DNA of 62,566 bases, the filler included. It is 6 parts of 6 records of this genome, joined end to end, with 100 filler letters (N's around TTAATTAATTAA, not from the genome) between each part and the next. Parts side by side here need not be neighbours in the genome. Positions count along the whole stretch, not along the records: positions 30,933 to 39,634 come from SRR20825019_438; positions 39,735 to 49,740 come from SRR20825019_441; 4 more parts are not named here. One strand, given 5' to 3'. The stretch's first letter is position 1, and each line of letters starts with the position of its first letter. The notes under the pieces were generated by a model. That model saw only the letters and a program-made list of their open reading frames with translations. It made no database searches and was not told the origin of the DNA. This document shows positions 38,037 to 48,117 of this stretch, one piece after another. A program made the position numbers and the translations under genes.

Positions 38037-38725
38037 TTGGTGCTCCCGATGTCACGAAAATCTCCGAGATTTTTCTTCTGCTGACCATTATCATCGAAGT
38101 TTTCCGGCGAAAGCCACGCTTCAAAAGCGCTGCGATGACCGGGCCATTCTCCGTCGATGATGGAGTACCAGGCCGTATCCCGGTTCTTCCCCTTGGAAAC
38201 CACATGCTGACGGAAAACGCCTTCGAAGGTAAACCCCAGACGCTTGGCGGCGGCATGGCTTCTGGCGTTATCGTTGTGACATTTCCATTCATAACGCCGG
38301 TAGCCGAGGTCATCAAAGATATGCCGTGCCAGCAGATAATGGGCTTCTGTTGCCATGGGTGAGCGCTGCATGGCCGGACCATGGGCCACCGAGCCGACCT
38401 CGATAGAGCCGTTTTGCTCATCGATCCGCATATAGCTGGCCATACCGACAACCTTGCCATCGGATACGCTTTTAAAAACCCGTGTAATCCATGCACCGGT
38501 TTGGTTTTGGTGACTGAGCCAGTCGGCAAAATCGGCATAGCCGAAAAAATCAGATTGCGGAAAATAGTGAAGAAGCGCGTTTACGGCCTCGGGTGAGCCA
38601 CCCAGTCCCTGCCAGAGTTTTTCGGCGTGATCGTCGGCACTGTATGGTTCGACCACGACATAAAGCCCGCGCTGATGGATCGGTTGCGGGCGCAGGCGTG
38701 GCGAAAAATCAGACAGGTCTGCCAT
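38033..38725 (-). CDS. RimJ/RimL-type GNAT acetyltransferase
   Basis: GSIEVG, LGYRRYEWKC, RLGFTFEGVFRQH, NRDTAWYSIIDGEWP. Confidence 0.92.
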   Translation of the reverse strand: MADLSDFSPRLRPQPIHQRGLYVVVEPYSADDHAEKLWQGLGGSPEAVNALLHYFPQSDFFGYADFADWLSHQNQTGAWITRVFKSVSDGKVVGMASYMRIDEQNGSIEVGSVAHGPAMQRSPMATEAHYLLARHIFDDLGYRRYEWKCHNDNARSHAAAKRLGFTFEGVFRQHVVSKGKNRDTAWYSIIDGEWPGHRSAFEAWLSPENFDDNGQQKKNLGDFRDIGSTK

Positions 38726-38796
38726 ATGTATTTCTCCCTGCCTCAAAAAACATGGCGGGTGCCACAAAGGGCACCCGAATAATCATCAGATCCAGT

Positions 38797-39438
38797 TCAG
38801 AACTTCAGCGTTGCGCAGGCATCCTGAGCCAGTTTCTTAATGCCGTCCCAGTCGCCCTTGGTAACCAGATCCTTCGGTGCCACCCAGGAACCGCCAACGC
38901 AAAGCACGTTCGGCAGCTTCAGATAATCCGGTGCATTCTGCAGCGAAATACCGCCCGTCGGGCAGAACTTGATATCGGAAAGCGGCGAGGACAGAGCCTT
39001 CAGATAGGGCGCACCACCGGCCTGTTCCGCCGGGAAGAATTTCATGACACGATAGCCTTCCTCGCGCAGCGAAAGCACTTCGCTGGCTGTTGCCGTGCCC
39101 GGCAGAAGCGGAATGTCACTATCATCGGCAGCATCAAGAATATCGCCGTTGATTCCGGGCGATACGATGAACTTCGCACCGGCCTTTTCAGCCGCTTCGT
39201 AATCTTTCGCTGACAGGATGGTGCCAGCGCCGATAACGGCGTCTTCAATCTCGTCCGACATGGCCTTGATCACATCAAGCGCTGCATCGGTACGCAGTGT
39301 GATTTCCAGAGCCTTAAGGCCACCTTCGACCAGCGCACGGGCCAGCGGCACGGCATGCTCGACCGACTCAACGATCAGCACCGGAACGACCGGCTGGGCA
39401 GTGAGAACTTTAAGGAGATTATCAGTTTTGGCTTCCAT
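38797..39438 (-). CDS. eda: KDPG/KHG aldolase
   Basis: LEITLRT, IGAGT, FIVSPG, KFFPAEQAGG, FCPTGGI, VGGSW. Confidence 0.96.
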   Translation of the reverse strand: MEAKTDNLLKVLTAQPVVPVLIVESVEHAVPLARALVEGGLKALEITLRTDAALDVIKAMSDEIEDAVIGAGTILSAKDYEAAEKAGAKFIVSPGINGDILDAADDSDIPLLPGTATASEVLSLREEGYRVMKFFPAEQAGGAPYLKALSSPLSDIKFCPTGGISLQNAPDYLKLPNVLCVGGSWVAPKDLVTKGDWDGIKKLAQDACATLKF

Positions 39439-39604
39439 GGTCGCTCTGCCTCATTAACTAAACTCAGGGTGCAATTGAAATACCGCGCCGCAGGCACCAA
39501 GTCGAGCCTAAACCGCGTATGGCATCTTCATAACTTGTTTTTGTTATGTCAGTTTGATCTCGATTAAGAACATATGGTTGCGACGGATCAGGGAGTGAAC
39601 CCGC

Positions 39605-39634
39605 ATGGCCAAGGAAATCGAACGCAAGTTTCTG
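39605..39634 (+). CDS. CYTH-domain protein, first 10 codons only
   Basis: MAKEIERKFL (ExExK motif) after GGGAG RBS. Confidence 0.75.
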
Positions 39635-39734
39635 NNNNNNNNNNNNNNNNNNNNNNNNNNNNNNNNNNNNNNNNNNNNTTAATTAATTAANNNNNNNNNN
39701 NNNNNNNNNNNNNNNNNNNNNNNNNNNNNNNNNN
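39635..39734. other. Artificial contig spacer
   Basis: N44-TTAATTAATTAA-N44. Confidence 0.99.
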
Positions 39735-39735
39735 C

Positions 39736-40071
39736 AAATACGTTCAGGAATGGCTGAAGATCGACGACACGCTGGAGGTCTGGCGTGCCCATGGGGTTGG
39801 CGGTATGACCGGCGCCATCCTGATCGGATTCATGGCCAGCTCGCACATCAATGCCGTTTCGGCCAGTATGCATCAGCTGTTCGTTCAGGTGCTGGCGGTT
39901 GTCATTGTCGCCGCTTATGCCTGGATCATCACGATGGCCCTTCTGAAGATCCTGTCGACCTTCGGCCACCTCCGGGTTTCGGAGGAATTGCAGGAAGAAG
40001 GGCTGGATGAGGAAATGTATGGTGAGCGTGCCTTCAATCTCTGGAACATGAAGAACGACATCAACAAGTAG
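39736..40071 (+). CDS. amt: Ammonium transporter (Amt), C-terminal part
   Basis: LKIDDTLEVWRAHGVGGMTG...LRVSEELQEEGLDEEMYGERAF. Confidence 0.9.
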   Translation, partial: KYVQEWLKIDDTLEVWRAHGVGGMTGAILIGFMASSHINAVSASMHQLFVQVLAVVIVAAYAWIITMALLKILSTFGHLRVSEELQEEGLDEEMYGERAFNLWNMKNDINK

Positions 40072-40189
40072 GTTTGTGCGCGGCGGCAGGACGGTGATTT
40101 GACCGTTCTGCCGTCGTATTGCGTCTTCATTCTGTTCAAGGTTTCGGCTGCTTCACCCCTATGTTGCAGACGAGGCTGCAAGGGCTGCC

Positions 40190-41437
40190 ATGGATATCAC
40201 CGTCGTCATCTTTCTGCTGGTCTATCTGGCACTCGCACTGGGGCACCTGCCCGGCTTCCGTGTCGACCGCACCGGGGCGGCGGTGGTCGGGGCGCTCGCG
40301 ATGATCGGCTTTGGCCGGATTACCGACAAACAGGCATGGGCCGCGATCGATTATCAAACCGTCGGCCTGCTTTTCGGCCTGATGATCGTTTCCGGCGCCT
40401 TCACTGTTTCCGGTTTCTATCAATGGGTGGCCAGAAAAGTCACTTCGCTCAAGGTCTCGCCGCCTGCCTTGCTTGCATTTTTGATCGTGACAGGCGGCCT
40501 CCTGTCCGCCGTGCTGACCAATGATGTCGTGGTGGTTGCGATGACGCCGCTACTGGTCTCGATCACCATGTCGCGCAGGCTAAACCCGATCCCGTTCCTG
40601 CTCGGCTTCTGCTTTGCCACCAACACCGGATCGGTTGCGACGATCATCGGCAGCCCCCAGAACATGATCGCGGCACAGACGCTCGGCCTGTCGTTCACCG
40701 GTTTCATGAAGGTCGCGCTGGTGCCGGCCATTCTTTCTCTGCCGATCGTCTGGGCGACGATCTGCCTGCTCTACCGGGGGCGCTGGAGCATTGAAACCGT
40801 CGAGCCGGGGGCCGATCCTTCATCATCGGCGAAGGGGGAGGTTTTCCAGCACCTCGATGTAAATGAGACAATCAAGGCCGCAATCGTGACGGCTGCCGTT
40901 GTCGCGGCCTTTGTCTTTACAGACTGGCCGCGTGAGATGGTTGCCCTTTCGGCCGCCGCTGTCATGCTGGTCAACCGCCAGGTTTCGTCCAAGGAGGTGA
41001 TAGGCACCGTCGATGGCAATCTTCTGCTGCTTCTGGCCGGCCTCTTTGTCGTCAATGCAGCGCTGGCCCAGACGGGCATTCCGCAAAAGGTGGTGCATGA
41101 TCTCCAGTCGGCCGGTGTCGATTTCGCCAATCCGTCGATCCTGTTTCTCGCTGCCTCGGCACTCAGCAATATTGTCGGCAATAATCCGGCAGTCATGCTG
41201 CTCGCACCGTTTCTGCCACACACGGCAGATGCCAATGCGCTCGGCGCAGCTCTGGCCCTTGGAACGGGTTTTTCGAGTAACCTGATCATTTTCGGAAGCC
41301 TTGCCGGTATTATCGTTGTCGAGCAGGCGGGGGACCGGGGCGTAAAAATCGGTATGCGCGAATTCTGCCGCGCCGGTATCCCCGTATCGCTCCTGTGTAT
41401 GGTTCTGGCGCTCGTCTGGATCGCGTTTCTGACCTGA
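40190..41437 (+). CDS. ArsB/NhaD/SLC13 (YbiR-like) anion permease
   Basis: RVDRTGAA, SAVLTND, NTGSVATIIGSPQN, SNIVGNNPA, GSLAGIIV. Confidence 0.88.
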   Translation: MDITVVIFLLVYLALALGHLPGFRVDRTGAAVVGALAMIGFGRITDKQAWAAIDYQTVGLLFGLMIVSGAFTVSGFYQWVARKVTSLKVSPPALLAFLIVTGGLLSAVLTNDVVVVAMTPLLVSITMSRRLNPIPFLLGFCFATNTGSVATIIGSPQNMIAAQTLGLSFTGFMKVALVPAILSLPIVWATICLLYRGRWSIETVEPGADPSSSAKGEVFQHLDVNETIKAAIVTAAVVAAFVFTDWPREMVALSAAAVMLVNRQVSSKEVIGTVDGNLLLLLAGLFVVNAALAQTGIPQKVVHDLQSAGVDFANPSILFLAASALSNIVGNNPAVMLLAPFLPHTADANALGAALALGTGFSSNLIIFGSLAGIIVVEQAGDRGVKIGMREFCRAGIPVSLLCMVLALVWIAFLT

Positions 41438-41451
41438 CGGCCTGTTCTGTG

Positions 41452-42450
41452 TCAGTCCTTCTCGATATAAACCGTCTGAGAGGGGAAGGCGAAGTCAGCA
41501 CCGTGGGCATGAACGATTTCGACGATTTTCAGATACACGTCCTGCTGAATTGCCAACCACTCGGCCCAGCGGGTCGTCTTGGTGAAGCAATAGACCATGA
41601 TGTTCAGTGATGAGTCGGCGAAGTCGTTGAAATAGACAAGAAGCGTCTGGTTCAGATCGATATGCTCGCTTTGATGCAGCATGGCACGGATATCGGCAAC
41701 GACAGCGGCAATCTTGTCGGCGTCCTCATACCGAAGCCCGATCGAGGTATCGATACGCCTGTTGCGCATCTGCCCGGGGTTTTCGACGCTGATTGAGGAA
41801 AATACGGAATTGGGCACGAAAAGCGGGCGCTTGTCGAAGGTCGTGATTCTGGTCATGCGCCAGCCGATTTCCTCGACTGTACCTTCAATATTGCGGTCGG
41901 GAGACCGGATCCAGTCGCCGAGTTTGAAGGGGCGGTCGAAATAGAGCATTACGCCGGAAAACACATTGCTGAGAACATCCCGCCCGGCAATACCGATGGC
42001 GATGCCGCCAAAGCCGCCAAAGGCGAGGAGACCCGAAAAACTCAGACCCAGATGCTCACCGAACAAAAGCAACAAGACGAGCACCATTGCCAGTTTCAGG
42101 ATACGGGCAATGCTTGTGGCAGAGGTCTTGTCGCTTCCTTTCGTCACCTGATCGGCGGTCAGACGGTTGATCAGCCGAAAAGCCTGCTGCATGGCCGTAA
42201 GGCCGATTGCCACAAGCGTGATATCGTCGATGATGTCCGGCTTGATCGCGGTGATCTTCTGCGCGGCCAGGATCTGGTCAATGGTCTTGTTCAGCGTCAG
42301 CAGGAAGCCGGTGATCGCAGCGAACAGGACGGCGTGAGCGGAGATGCTGTGGGACCAGGCTTCCCTTTTGCGCATCGCAAAGCCGCAGGCCAGTGCAACG
42401 GCGAGAAGGATGGCCAGGAGCCCCACATTCATCCAGTAAGGATACGTCAC
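41452..42450 (-). CDS. Small-conductance mechanosensitive channel (YnaI-like MscS)
   Basis: LLAFGGFGGIAIG, FDRPFKLGDWIRSPDRNIEGTVEEIGWR, VPNS, FAFPSQT. Confidence 0.93.
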   Translation of the reverse strand: MTYPYWMNVGLLAILLAVALACGFAMRKREAWSHSISAHAVLFAAITGFLLTLNKTIDQILAAQKITAIKPDIIDDITLVAIGLTAMQQAFRLINRLTADQVTKGSDKTSATSIARILKLAMVLVLLLLFGEHLGLSFSGLLAFGGFGGIAIGIAGRDVLSNVFSGVMLYFDRPFKLGDWIRSPDRNIEGTVEEIGWRMTRITTFDKRPLFVPNSVFSSISVENPGQMRNRRIDTSIGLRYEDADKIAAVVADIRAMLHQSEHIDLNQTLLVYFNDFADSSLNIMVYCFTKTTRWAEWLAIQQDVYLKIVEIVHAHGADFAFPSQTVYIEKD

Positions 42451-42494
42451 GTCTTCACACCTTTCCAGAAATCAGCTTTTGAACCTGGTGGAAT

Positions 42495-42548
42495 GAATTT
42501 GACATTTGATGCCCGTTTCAGCGCTCTCGTACATCAAATGTCAAATTC
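42495..42548. repeat. Perfect 17-bp inverted repeat with 20-bp spacer
   Basis: GAATTTGACATTTGATG (42495-42511) ... CATCAAATGTCAAATTC (42532-42548). Confidence 0.9.
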
Positions 42549-43008
42549 TGAAATTACACTAGAAAACATATACTTGCTAGTAGTTCCTATGCTTCCGACA
42601 TTTGCTGATGAGGTTGCAGCGAGGGGAACCGAATGTTGGAATCGGACCACTGGACACTTGTCCTTGCGAGGTACAGTACGGACGAACAGGGCACGCCGCA
42701 ATCATGTTCACGAGTCAGCCGGAAATGTAAGGACTGGCAGGGCAATATATGCGCACCGGACCCTGTGCCTTTCGTAAGTGCCGCAGGATAATTCTGAAAC
42801 TGTCAGGTCTGACAGTTGGCCAGACGATGAAAGGCGGCATTTTATGACCGGCAAAAAATAATGCACCCGTTCGTGCCCTGTTCGACTGCTTCGTGCGTTG
42901 CCGGGTCACTCGCCTGGCCTGTTGCAACGAAACCGTTCCGCTGGAAGTCTGGCAGGTCATTGTTAACCTCGAAACGGTCCTGTTTCCGCACAGTCAAGGT
43001 AATCATAC

Positions 43009-44358
43009 ATGGACAACCCTACCGAAGAACTTGACCGGCCAGGAAACCGCAACGCACAGATGCGCTATATCGCTCTTGCATGTCTGGTCGGCATATTGAC
43101 CGGAACAGTGGGGTCCGTTTTCCATCTCCTGATTGACCGTCTTCAGACATGGCCTCAGCTTCTGGCCGGGCATCTCGATGGCATAATGCTCGTGGGGGCA
43201 GCCGCGCTCATCACGATGGCAACCACAGTGCTGGCCGTGTTTGCCGTTCGCCGTTATGCGCCCGAGGCGGGCGGCAGCGGCGTTCAGGAAATCGAAGGCG
43301 CGATGCAGGGACTGCGCGTGGTGCATTGGCGCCGTGTCCTGCCGGTCAAGTTCTTCGCCGGGATCGCAGCTGTGGCATCCGGACTGGTCCTTGGCCGAGA
43401 AGGACCAACGATCCATATCGGAGCTTCGTTTTCTGCGGCGGCAACGGAGTTTTTCAAGGTCAGCGAGACGGAACGCCGGGGGATGCTCGGCGCCGGGGCT
43501 GCCGCCGGGCTTGCCTGTGCTTTCGATGCGCCGCTGGCTGCCATTCTCTTCATCGTGGAAGAGACACACCGGCAATTTCCCTATACCTTCCGGACGTATA
43601 TGGGGATCATTGTCGCTGCCGTTCTCGCCACTGTGATGACACAGGTCATCGGAGGAACGGCGCCGGACTTCTCCATGTCCGTTGCAAGTCCTGAACTCTG
43701 GCTGCTGCCTGCTTTTGTTCTGCTGGGCGGGCTGCTCGGTGTCCTCGGCGTCGGCCTGAACGCCGGCCTCATGTGGACGAGTGCGCTTGCTGCGCGGATC
43801 AACGCCCGCCTCTCCTATCTTTTTCCGGCGCTGGTCGGCCTTGTTGTCGGTGCTCTGTTCATTGTCATGCCCTTGTCGGTGACCGGCGGTGAGCACGTCG
43901 TAACTTCGCTTGCCAGCCATGGTGCGGGCCTTAAAATGCTGCTGCTACTGGCGGTGCTGCGGTATCTGACAATGGTGACAAGCTATTCCGCCGGAACACC
44001 GGGCGGCATCTTTGCGCCGATGCTTGCGCTTTCGATGTGTGCCGGGCTGGCGTTTGGCGGTGTTCTTGAGGGCGTTCTGCCGCACGGCACGATGGTGCCG
44101 CTGGCGTTTGGCATGGCTGCGATGGGTGGATTATTTTCAGCCTCCGTGCGTGCGCCCGTTGTCGGCGTGGCGCTGACGCTTGAACTGACAGGTTCGTATA
44201 CGATGGTGATGCCGCTGATCGTCACTTGCGTGACGGCCAACATGGTGGCCGAGTGGATCGGCGGCCGCCCCATCTATGATCAGCTGCTTGAAAAGACGCT
44301 GAAGCAAGCTGGTATAGATCCAGAAGCCAAAGGCAGGGACAGCGTCGGTCTGGCCTGA
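43009..44358 (+). CDS. clcA: CLC H+/Cl- exchange transporter
   Basis: GSGVQE, GREGPT (gating Glu), FIVEE (proton Glu), GGIFAP, PIY. Confidence 0.94.
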   Translation: MDNPTEELDRPGNRNAQMRYIALACLVGILTGTVGSVFHLLIDRLQTWPQLLAGHLDGIMLVGAAALITMATTVLAVFAVRRYAPEAGGSGVQEIEGAMQGLRVVHWRRVLPVKFFAGIAAVASGLVLGREGPTIHIGASFSAAATEFFKVSETERRGMLGAGAAAGLACAFDAPLAAILFIVEETHRQFPYTFRTYMGIIVAAVLATVMTQVIGGTAPDFSMSVASPELWLLPAFVLLGGLLGVLGVGLNAGLMWTSALAARINARLSYLFPALVGLVVGALFIVMPLSVTGGEHVVTSLASHGAGLKMLLLLAVLRYLTMVTSYSAGTPGGIFAPMLALSMCAGLAFGGVLEGVLPHGTMVPLAFGMAAMGGLFSASVRAPVVGVALTLELTGSYTMVMPLIVTCVTANMVAEWIGGRPIYDQLLEKTLKQAGIDPEAKGRDSVGLA

Positions 44359-44373
44359 TGCTGATGCGGCGGC

Positions 44374-44500
44374 TCACAGCCGTCGCCGCTTCCACGTCAG
44401 CATCACGATCACAAGGCCGAAAAGCAGCAGAACGGTGCTTGAACCCGCATAGCCCACCGAATATCCGATAACCGGAACCTGATTTTCGGCACGCGCCCGA
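44374..44500 (-). pseudogene. Possible C-terminal remnant of an AspT/YidE/YbjL antiporter
   Basis: AENQVPVIGYSVGYAGSSTVLLLFGLVIVML resembles the P..GY...YA terminal helix of that family; no upstream body. Confidence 0.5.
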
Positions 44501-44592
44501 AAACGGGGGAACAGCTTGTGTCTGCCGTGTCTTGTGAAAACCGTCAGGGTTGACAGTTGGCAGAAACGTGGCTGCCGCGTTAAGCCATAAAA

Positions 44593-44620
44593 GTATGATG
44601 TTTTTATATTGACGTCATAC
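44593..44620. promoter_or_regulatory. NikR operator
   Basis: GTATGA-N16-TCATAC, exact consensus, overlapping TTGACG, 48 bp before the SBP start. Confidence 0.88.
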
Positions 44621-44668
44621 CTTTGGGTGGTAGCCTTTCTGCCAATGAGCTGTCGAAGAGGGGACGTG

Positions 44669-46246
44669 ATGAACGGGAAAACGGCTGCAAGGCTTGCAGC
44701 GACGATCGTGCTGGTCGCGGGATCTATTGTCGCCGGTGGACCGGTATTCGCCAAATCGGAACTGATCCTAGCCATCGGCGGAGAGCCAGACAATGGCTAT
44801 GACCCCCTGCTCGGCTGGGGGCGCTATGGCCATCCGCTGTTCCAGTCCACCCTCCTGAAACGCGACGCCGGTCTCAAAACCGTTCCCGATCTCGCCACCG
44901 AATGGACGCTCTCCGATGACAGGCTGGTGTGGACGATCACGCTGCGCCCCGATGTGGTTTTTTCCAACGGCACGCCGCTGACGGCGGACGATGTTGCCTT
45001 CACCTTCAACGCGGCCGCATCGGCGGGCGGCGCGCTGGATCTGACGGTGATGGACAGGGCCGAAACGGTCAATGCTCGCACGGTGAAAATCCATCTCAAG
45101 CGCCCGTGGGTTACCTTTTCGGAAAATTTCTACTCGCTCGGCATCGTTCCTTCTGACGGTTATGGTCCCGGCTATGCCCGCCATCCGGTTGGCTCCGGCC
45201 CCTTCAGGCTGGTCTCGTGGACGGAGGGCGAACAGCTCATCGTTGAAGCCAATAGCGAATATTACGGCAAAAAACCGGCATTCGACCGCCTCACCTTCGT
45301 GTTCTCCGGTGAGGATACCAGCCTCGCGGCTGCGCGGACCGGTGATGTCGATATGGTTTCCGTGCCGGCGCTGATGGCCGATGACAGCATTGACGGCTTT
45401 GACAAGATCGTTGTGCCTTCGGTTGATAATCGCGGCCTGTCCTTCCCCATCCCGGAGCCGGGAGAGGTGAATGCCGAGGGGCAGCCCGTGGGCAATGCGG
45501 TCACCTCCGATCTCGCCATTCGCCGCGCCATCAATCTTGGCGTGGATCGTGAGCAATTGGTCGACGTTGCGCTGAACGGCTATGGCCGTCCGGCCCATGG
45601 CCCGGCAGACGGGCTGCCCTGGTCAAACCCCGATGCGGCAATCCCTTTTGATCCCGATGCTGCGCGTACCATGCTGGCTGATGCGGGATGGGTGCCCGGC
45701 GCGGATGGAATTCGTGTGCGAGACGGCGTTCGTGCCGCATTCGATATCTATTTCCCGGCGTCTGACTCTGTGCGTCAGGCACTTGCCATCGTGGTCGGCG
45801 AGCAGTTGAAGGCGCTCGGTATCGCCGCGCGGCCAATGGGTGCGACATGGGAGCAGATCGGCCGGATCGATCATCAGGAGCCGGTCATGTTCGGCTGGGG
45901 CAGTCACAGCCCTGTTGAAGTCTACAGCCTTTATAATTCCGCCTGGGGCGGTGTTGACTTCTACAACCCCGGCTATTTTTCCGACACGACCGTTGATCGC
46001 CATTTCTCGGACGCCCAGCACTCCGAAAGTCTGGAGCGTTCCTATCCGCACTGGCGGGCCGCCGAGTGGGACGGAGAGACAGGGTTTTCCGCACGCGGTC
46101 TGGCCGGATGGGCCTGGCTCGTCAACCTCGATCATGTCTATTTCGTCAATGACTGTCTGGACCTTGGCGAGACCCAGATCGAGCCGCACGGTCATGGATG
46201 GCCGGTCACGGCAATGATCGAACAGTGGACATGGACGTGTGACTGA
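44669..46246 (+). CDS. Family-5 ABC substrate-binding protein, probably nickel (YntA/NikZ-like)
   Basis: GYDPLLGWG, FSNGTPLTADDVAFT, PVGSGPF, C-terminal EPHGHGWP; NikR box upstream. Confidence 0.88.
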   Translation: MNGKTAARLAATIVLVAGSIVAGGPVFAKSELILAIGGEPDNGYDPLLGWGRYGHPLFQSTLLKRDAGLKTVPDLATEWTLSDDRLVWTITLRPDVVFSNGTPLTADDVAFTFNAAASAGGALDLTVMDRAETVNARTVKIHLKRPWVTFSENFYSLGIVPSDGYGPGYARHPVGSGPFRLVSWTEGEQLIVEANSEYYGKKPAFDRLTFVFSGEDTSLAAARTGDVDMVSVPALMADDSIDGFDKIVVPSVDNRGLSFPIPEPGEVNAEGQPVGNAVTSDLAIRRAINLGVDREQLVDVALNGYGRPAHGPADGLPWSNPDAAIPFDPDAARTMLADAGWVPGADGIRVRDGVRAAFDIYFPASDSVRQALAIVVGEQLKALGIAARPMGATWEQIGRIDHQEPVMFGWGSHSPVEVYSLYNSAWGGVDFYNPGYFSDTTVDRHFSDAQHSESLERSYPHWRAAEWDGETGFSARGLAGWAWLVNLDHVYFVNDCLDLGETQIEPHGHGWPVTAMIEQWTWTCD

Positions 46247-47258
46247 AATCTCCCTGCATTCTGCCGCGATCATGCTGACGAGAAGGTTGGGACGGCTCGC
46301 CGCCGTTCTGGTGGTGGTTGCAGCGGTGGCCTTCACCCTTGCCAAGCTGTCCCCCATCGATCCGGTTAATGCCTATCTGGGGATCGACATCGCACGGGTT
46401 GGCCCGGAGCAGAGGGCGTTGATTGCCGCGCGCTGGGGGCTGGACCAGCCGCCGCTTGCGCAATTTATCCACTGGGCCGGAAATCTTCTTCAGGGCGATC
46501 TCGGTTATTCGATGATCTATAATGCGCCCGTCTCCGAGGTCATCGCCAGCCGGTTCTGGATATCGCTTCCGCTTGTCGGGCTGGCCTGGCTCTTTTCCGG
46601 AATACTTGGCTTTACACTGGGGGTCATCGCCGGTGCCCGTTCAGGCTCGATGATTGATCGCATGATCAGGCTTTACGCCTATGTTCTGGCATCCGCGCCG
46701 ACGTTCTGGATCGCGATATTGCTGCTGATCATCTTTGCCGTTCAGCTTGGCTGGGCGCCGGTGTGCTGTGCCGGACCTCTCGGCGTGGTGCCGGGCGATG
46801 TCACTTTTGCCGACCGGCTGCGTCATCTTGCCTTGCCACTGGCAGCGCTGACGCTTTTCGGCGTTGCGCAGATCGCGCTTCACACCCGTGCCAAGATCAT
46901 CGAAATCCTGCAAAGCGATGCGGCGCTTTATGCCCGTGCGCAAGGAGCAGGCAAATGGGATGTTGCCCTCAGACACGGTGCCCGCAACGCGGCGCTGCCC
47001 GCTGTGACCATTCTTTTTGCCTCGCTCGGGGAATTGTTTGGCGGGTCTATCCTGGCGGAGCAGGTTTTTGCCTATCCGGGGTTGGGTCAGGCCGCCGTTT
47101 CCGCGGGCATCAAGGGCGATGTGCCGCTGCTTCTTGCCGTCACTCTGTTTCTCACGCTGTTTGTGTCGGTTGGCAACATGATTGCCGACATGCTTTATCG
47201 GCTGGTGGACCCCCGAATTCGCGACGGTGCGCTTTCGGAAGGAGGCCGGCATGGCTGA
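46239..47258 (+). CDS. Nickel/peptide ABC permease (B subunit)
   Basis: WGLDQP, GDLGYS, YARAQG, EQVFAYPGLG, LVDPRIR. Confidence 0.92.
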   Translation: MTEISLHSAAIMLTRRLGRLAAVLVVVAAVAFTLAKLSPIDPVNAYLGIDIARVGPEQRALIAARWGLDQPPLAQFIHWAGNLLQGDLGYSMIYNAPVSEVIASRFWISLPLVGLAWLFSGILGFTLGVIAGARSGSMIDRMIRLYAYVLASAPTFWIAILLLIIFAVQLGWAPVCCAGPLGVVPGDVTFADRLRHLALPLAALTLFGVAQIALHTRAKIIEILQSDAALYARAQGAGKWDVALRHGARNAALPAVTILFASLGELFGGSILAEQVFAYPGLGQAAVSAGIKGDVPLLLAVTLFLTLFVSVGNMIADMLYRLVDPRIRDGALSEGGRHG

Positions 47259-48117
47259 ACTCGAACAGCGCCAGACCTTTGAACCTCTGGTTCTGCCGCG
47301 CATGGGCAACAGGATCTGGACCCTGGCTGCCGCCCTCACCGGCTTCCTGCTGATACTGCTGATACCGGTTCTGGCGGTGCTCACGGGGCCGGCGGGCGTG
47401 GCGCCGGATTTTGCCGCAAGGCTTTTGCCGCCTGACGGGGCGCACTGGTTTGGAACCGACCAGATGGGGCACGATCTTCTGGCGCGTACGATCAAGGGGC
47501 TTCGGACCAGTCTCTGGGTGGGGCTGCTTGCCTCATGCTGTTCCGTTGTTATCGCCACCGCTCTCGCGCTCATTGCGACAACCGGCGGACGGTGGGCCGA
47601 TGCGCTCGTGTCGCTTCTGGTTGACGCGACGATCGGGCTTCCGCATCTCGTGCTTCTCATCCTGATATGCTTTGCGCTGGGCGGCGGCCCCGTTGCCGTG
47701 ACCGTTGCCGTGGCGCTCACCCACTGGCCGCGCCTGACGCGTATCCTGCGTGCCGAAGTCCTGCAGATCAGGCAGGCCGATTATGTCGTCTCAGCGCGCC
47801 ATTTCGGCAAGTCCTGGGGGGGGATCACATTCGGGCACATTCTGCCCCAGATCCTGCCGCAAATGCTGGTCGGCCTCGTGCTGATGTTTCCACATGCCAT
47901 TCTGCACGAGGCAAGCCTGACCTTTCTGGGCTTCGGCCTTGATCCGACCCGGCCGGCCATCGGTGTGATGCTCGCAGACTCGATGCGCTATCTGACGGCA
48001 GGCAAATGGTGGCTTGGTCTGTTTCCGGGGTTGTGCCTGCTGCTGCTCGTGCTCAGTTTCGATGCCCTCGGCAATGGCGTACGTCTCATTCTCGATCCCC
48101 GGACGGCCCAGACATGA
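47251..48117 (+). CDS. Nickel/peptide ABC permease (C subunit)
   Basis: HWFGTDQMGHD, HEASLTFLGFG, WWLGLFPG. Confidence 0.92.
   Translation: MAELEQRQTFEPLVLPRMGNRIWTLAAALTGFLLILLIPVLAVLTGPAGVAPDFAARLLPPDGAHWFGTDQMGHDLLARTIKGLRTSLWVGLLASCCSVVIATALALIATTGGRWADALVSLLVDATIGLPHLVLLILICFALGGGPVAVTVAVALTHWPRLTRILRAEVLQIRQADYVVSARHFGKSWGGITFGHILPQILPQMLVGLVLMFPHAILHEASLTFLGFGLDPTRPAIGVMLADSMRYLTAGKWWLGLFPGLCLLLLVLSFDALGNGVRLILDPRTAQT

Noticed and set aside
44374-44793. 139-aa minus ORF as a complete gene
   Set aside because: Its 5' part overlaps the SBP gene and NikR promoter; only the last 40 or so codons look protein-like
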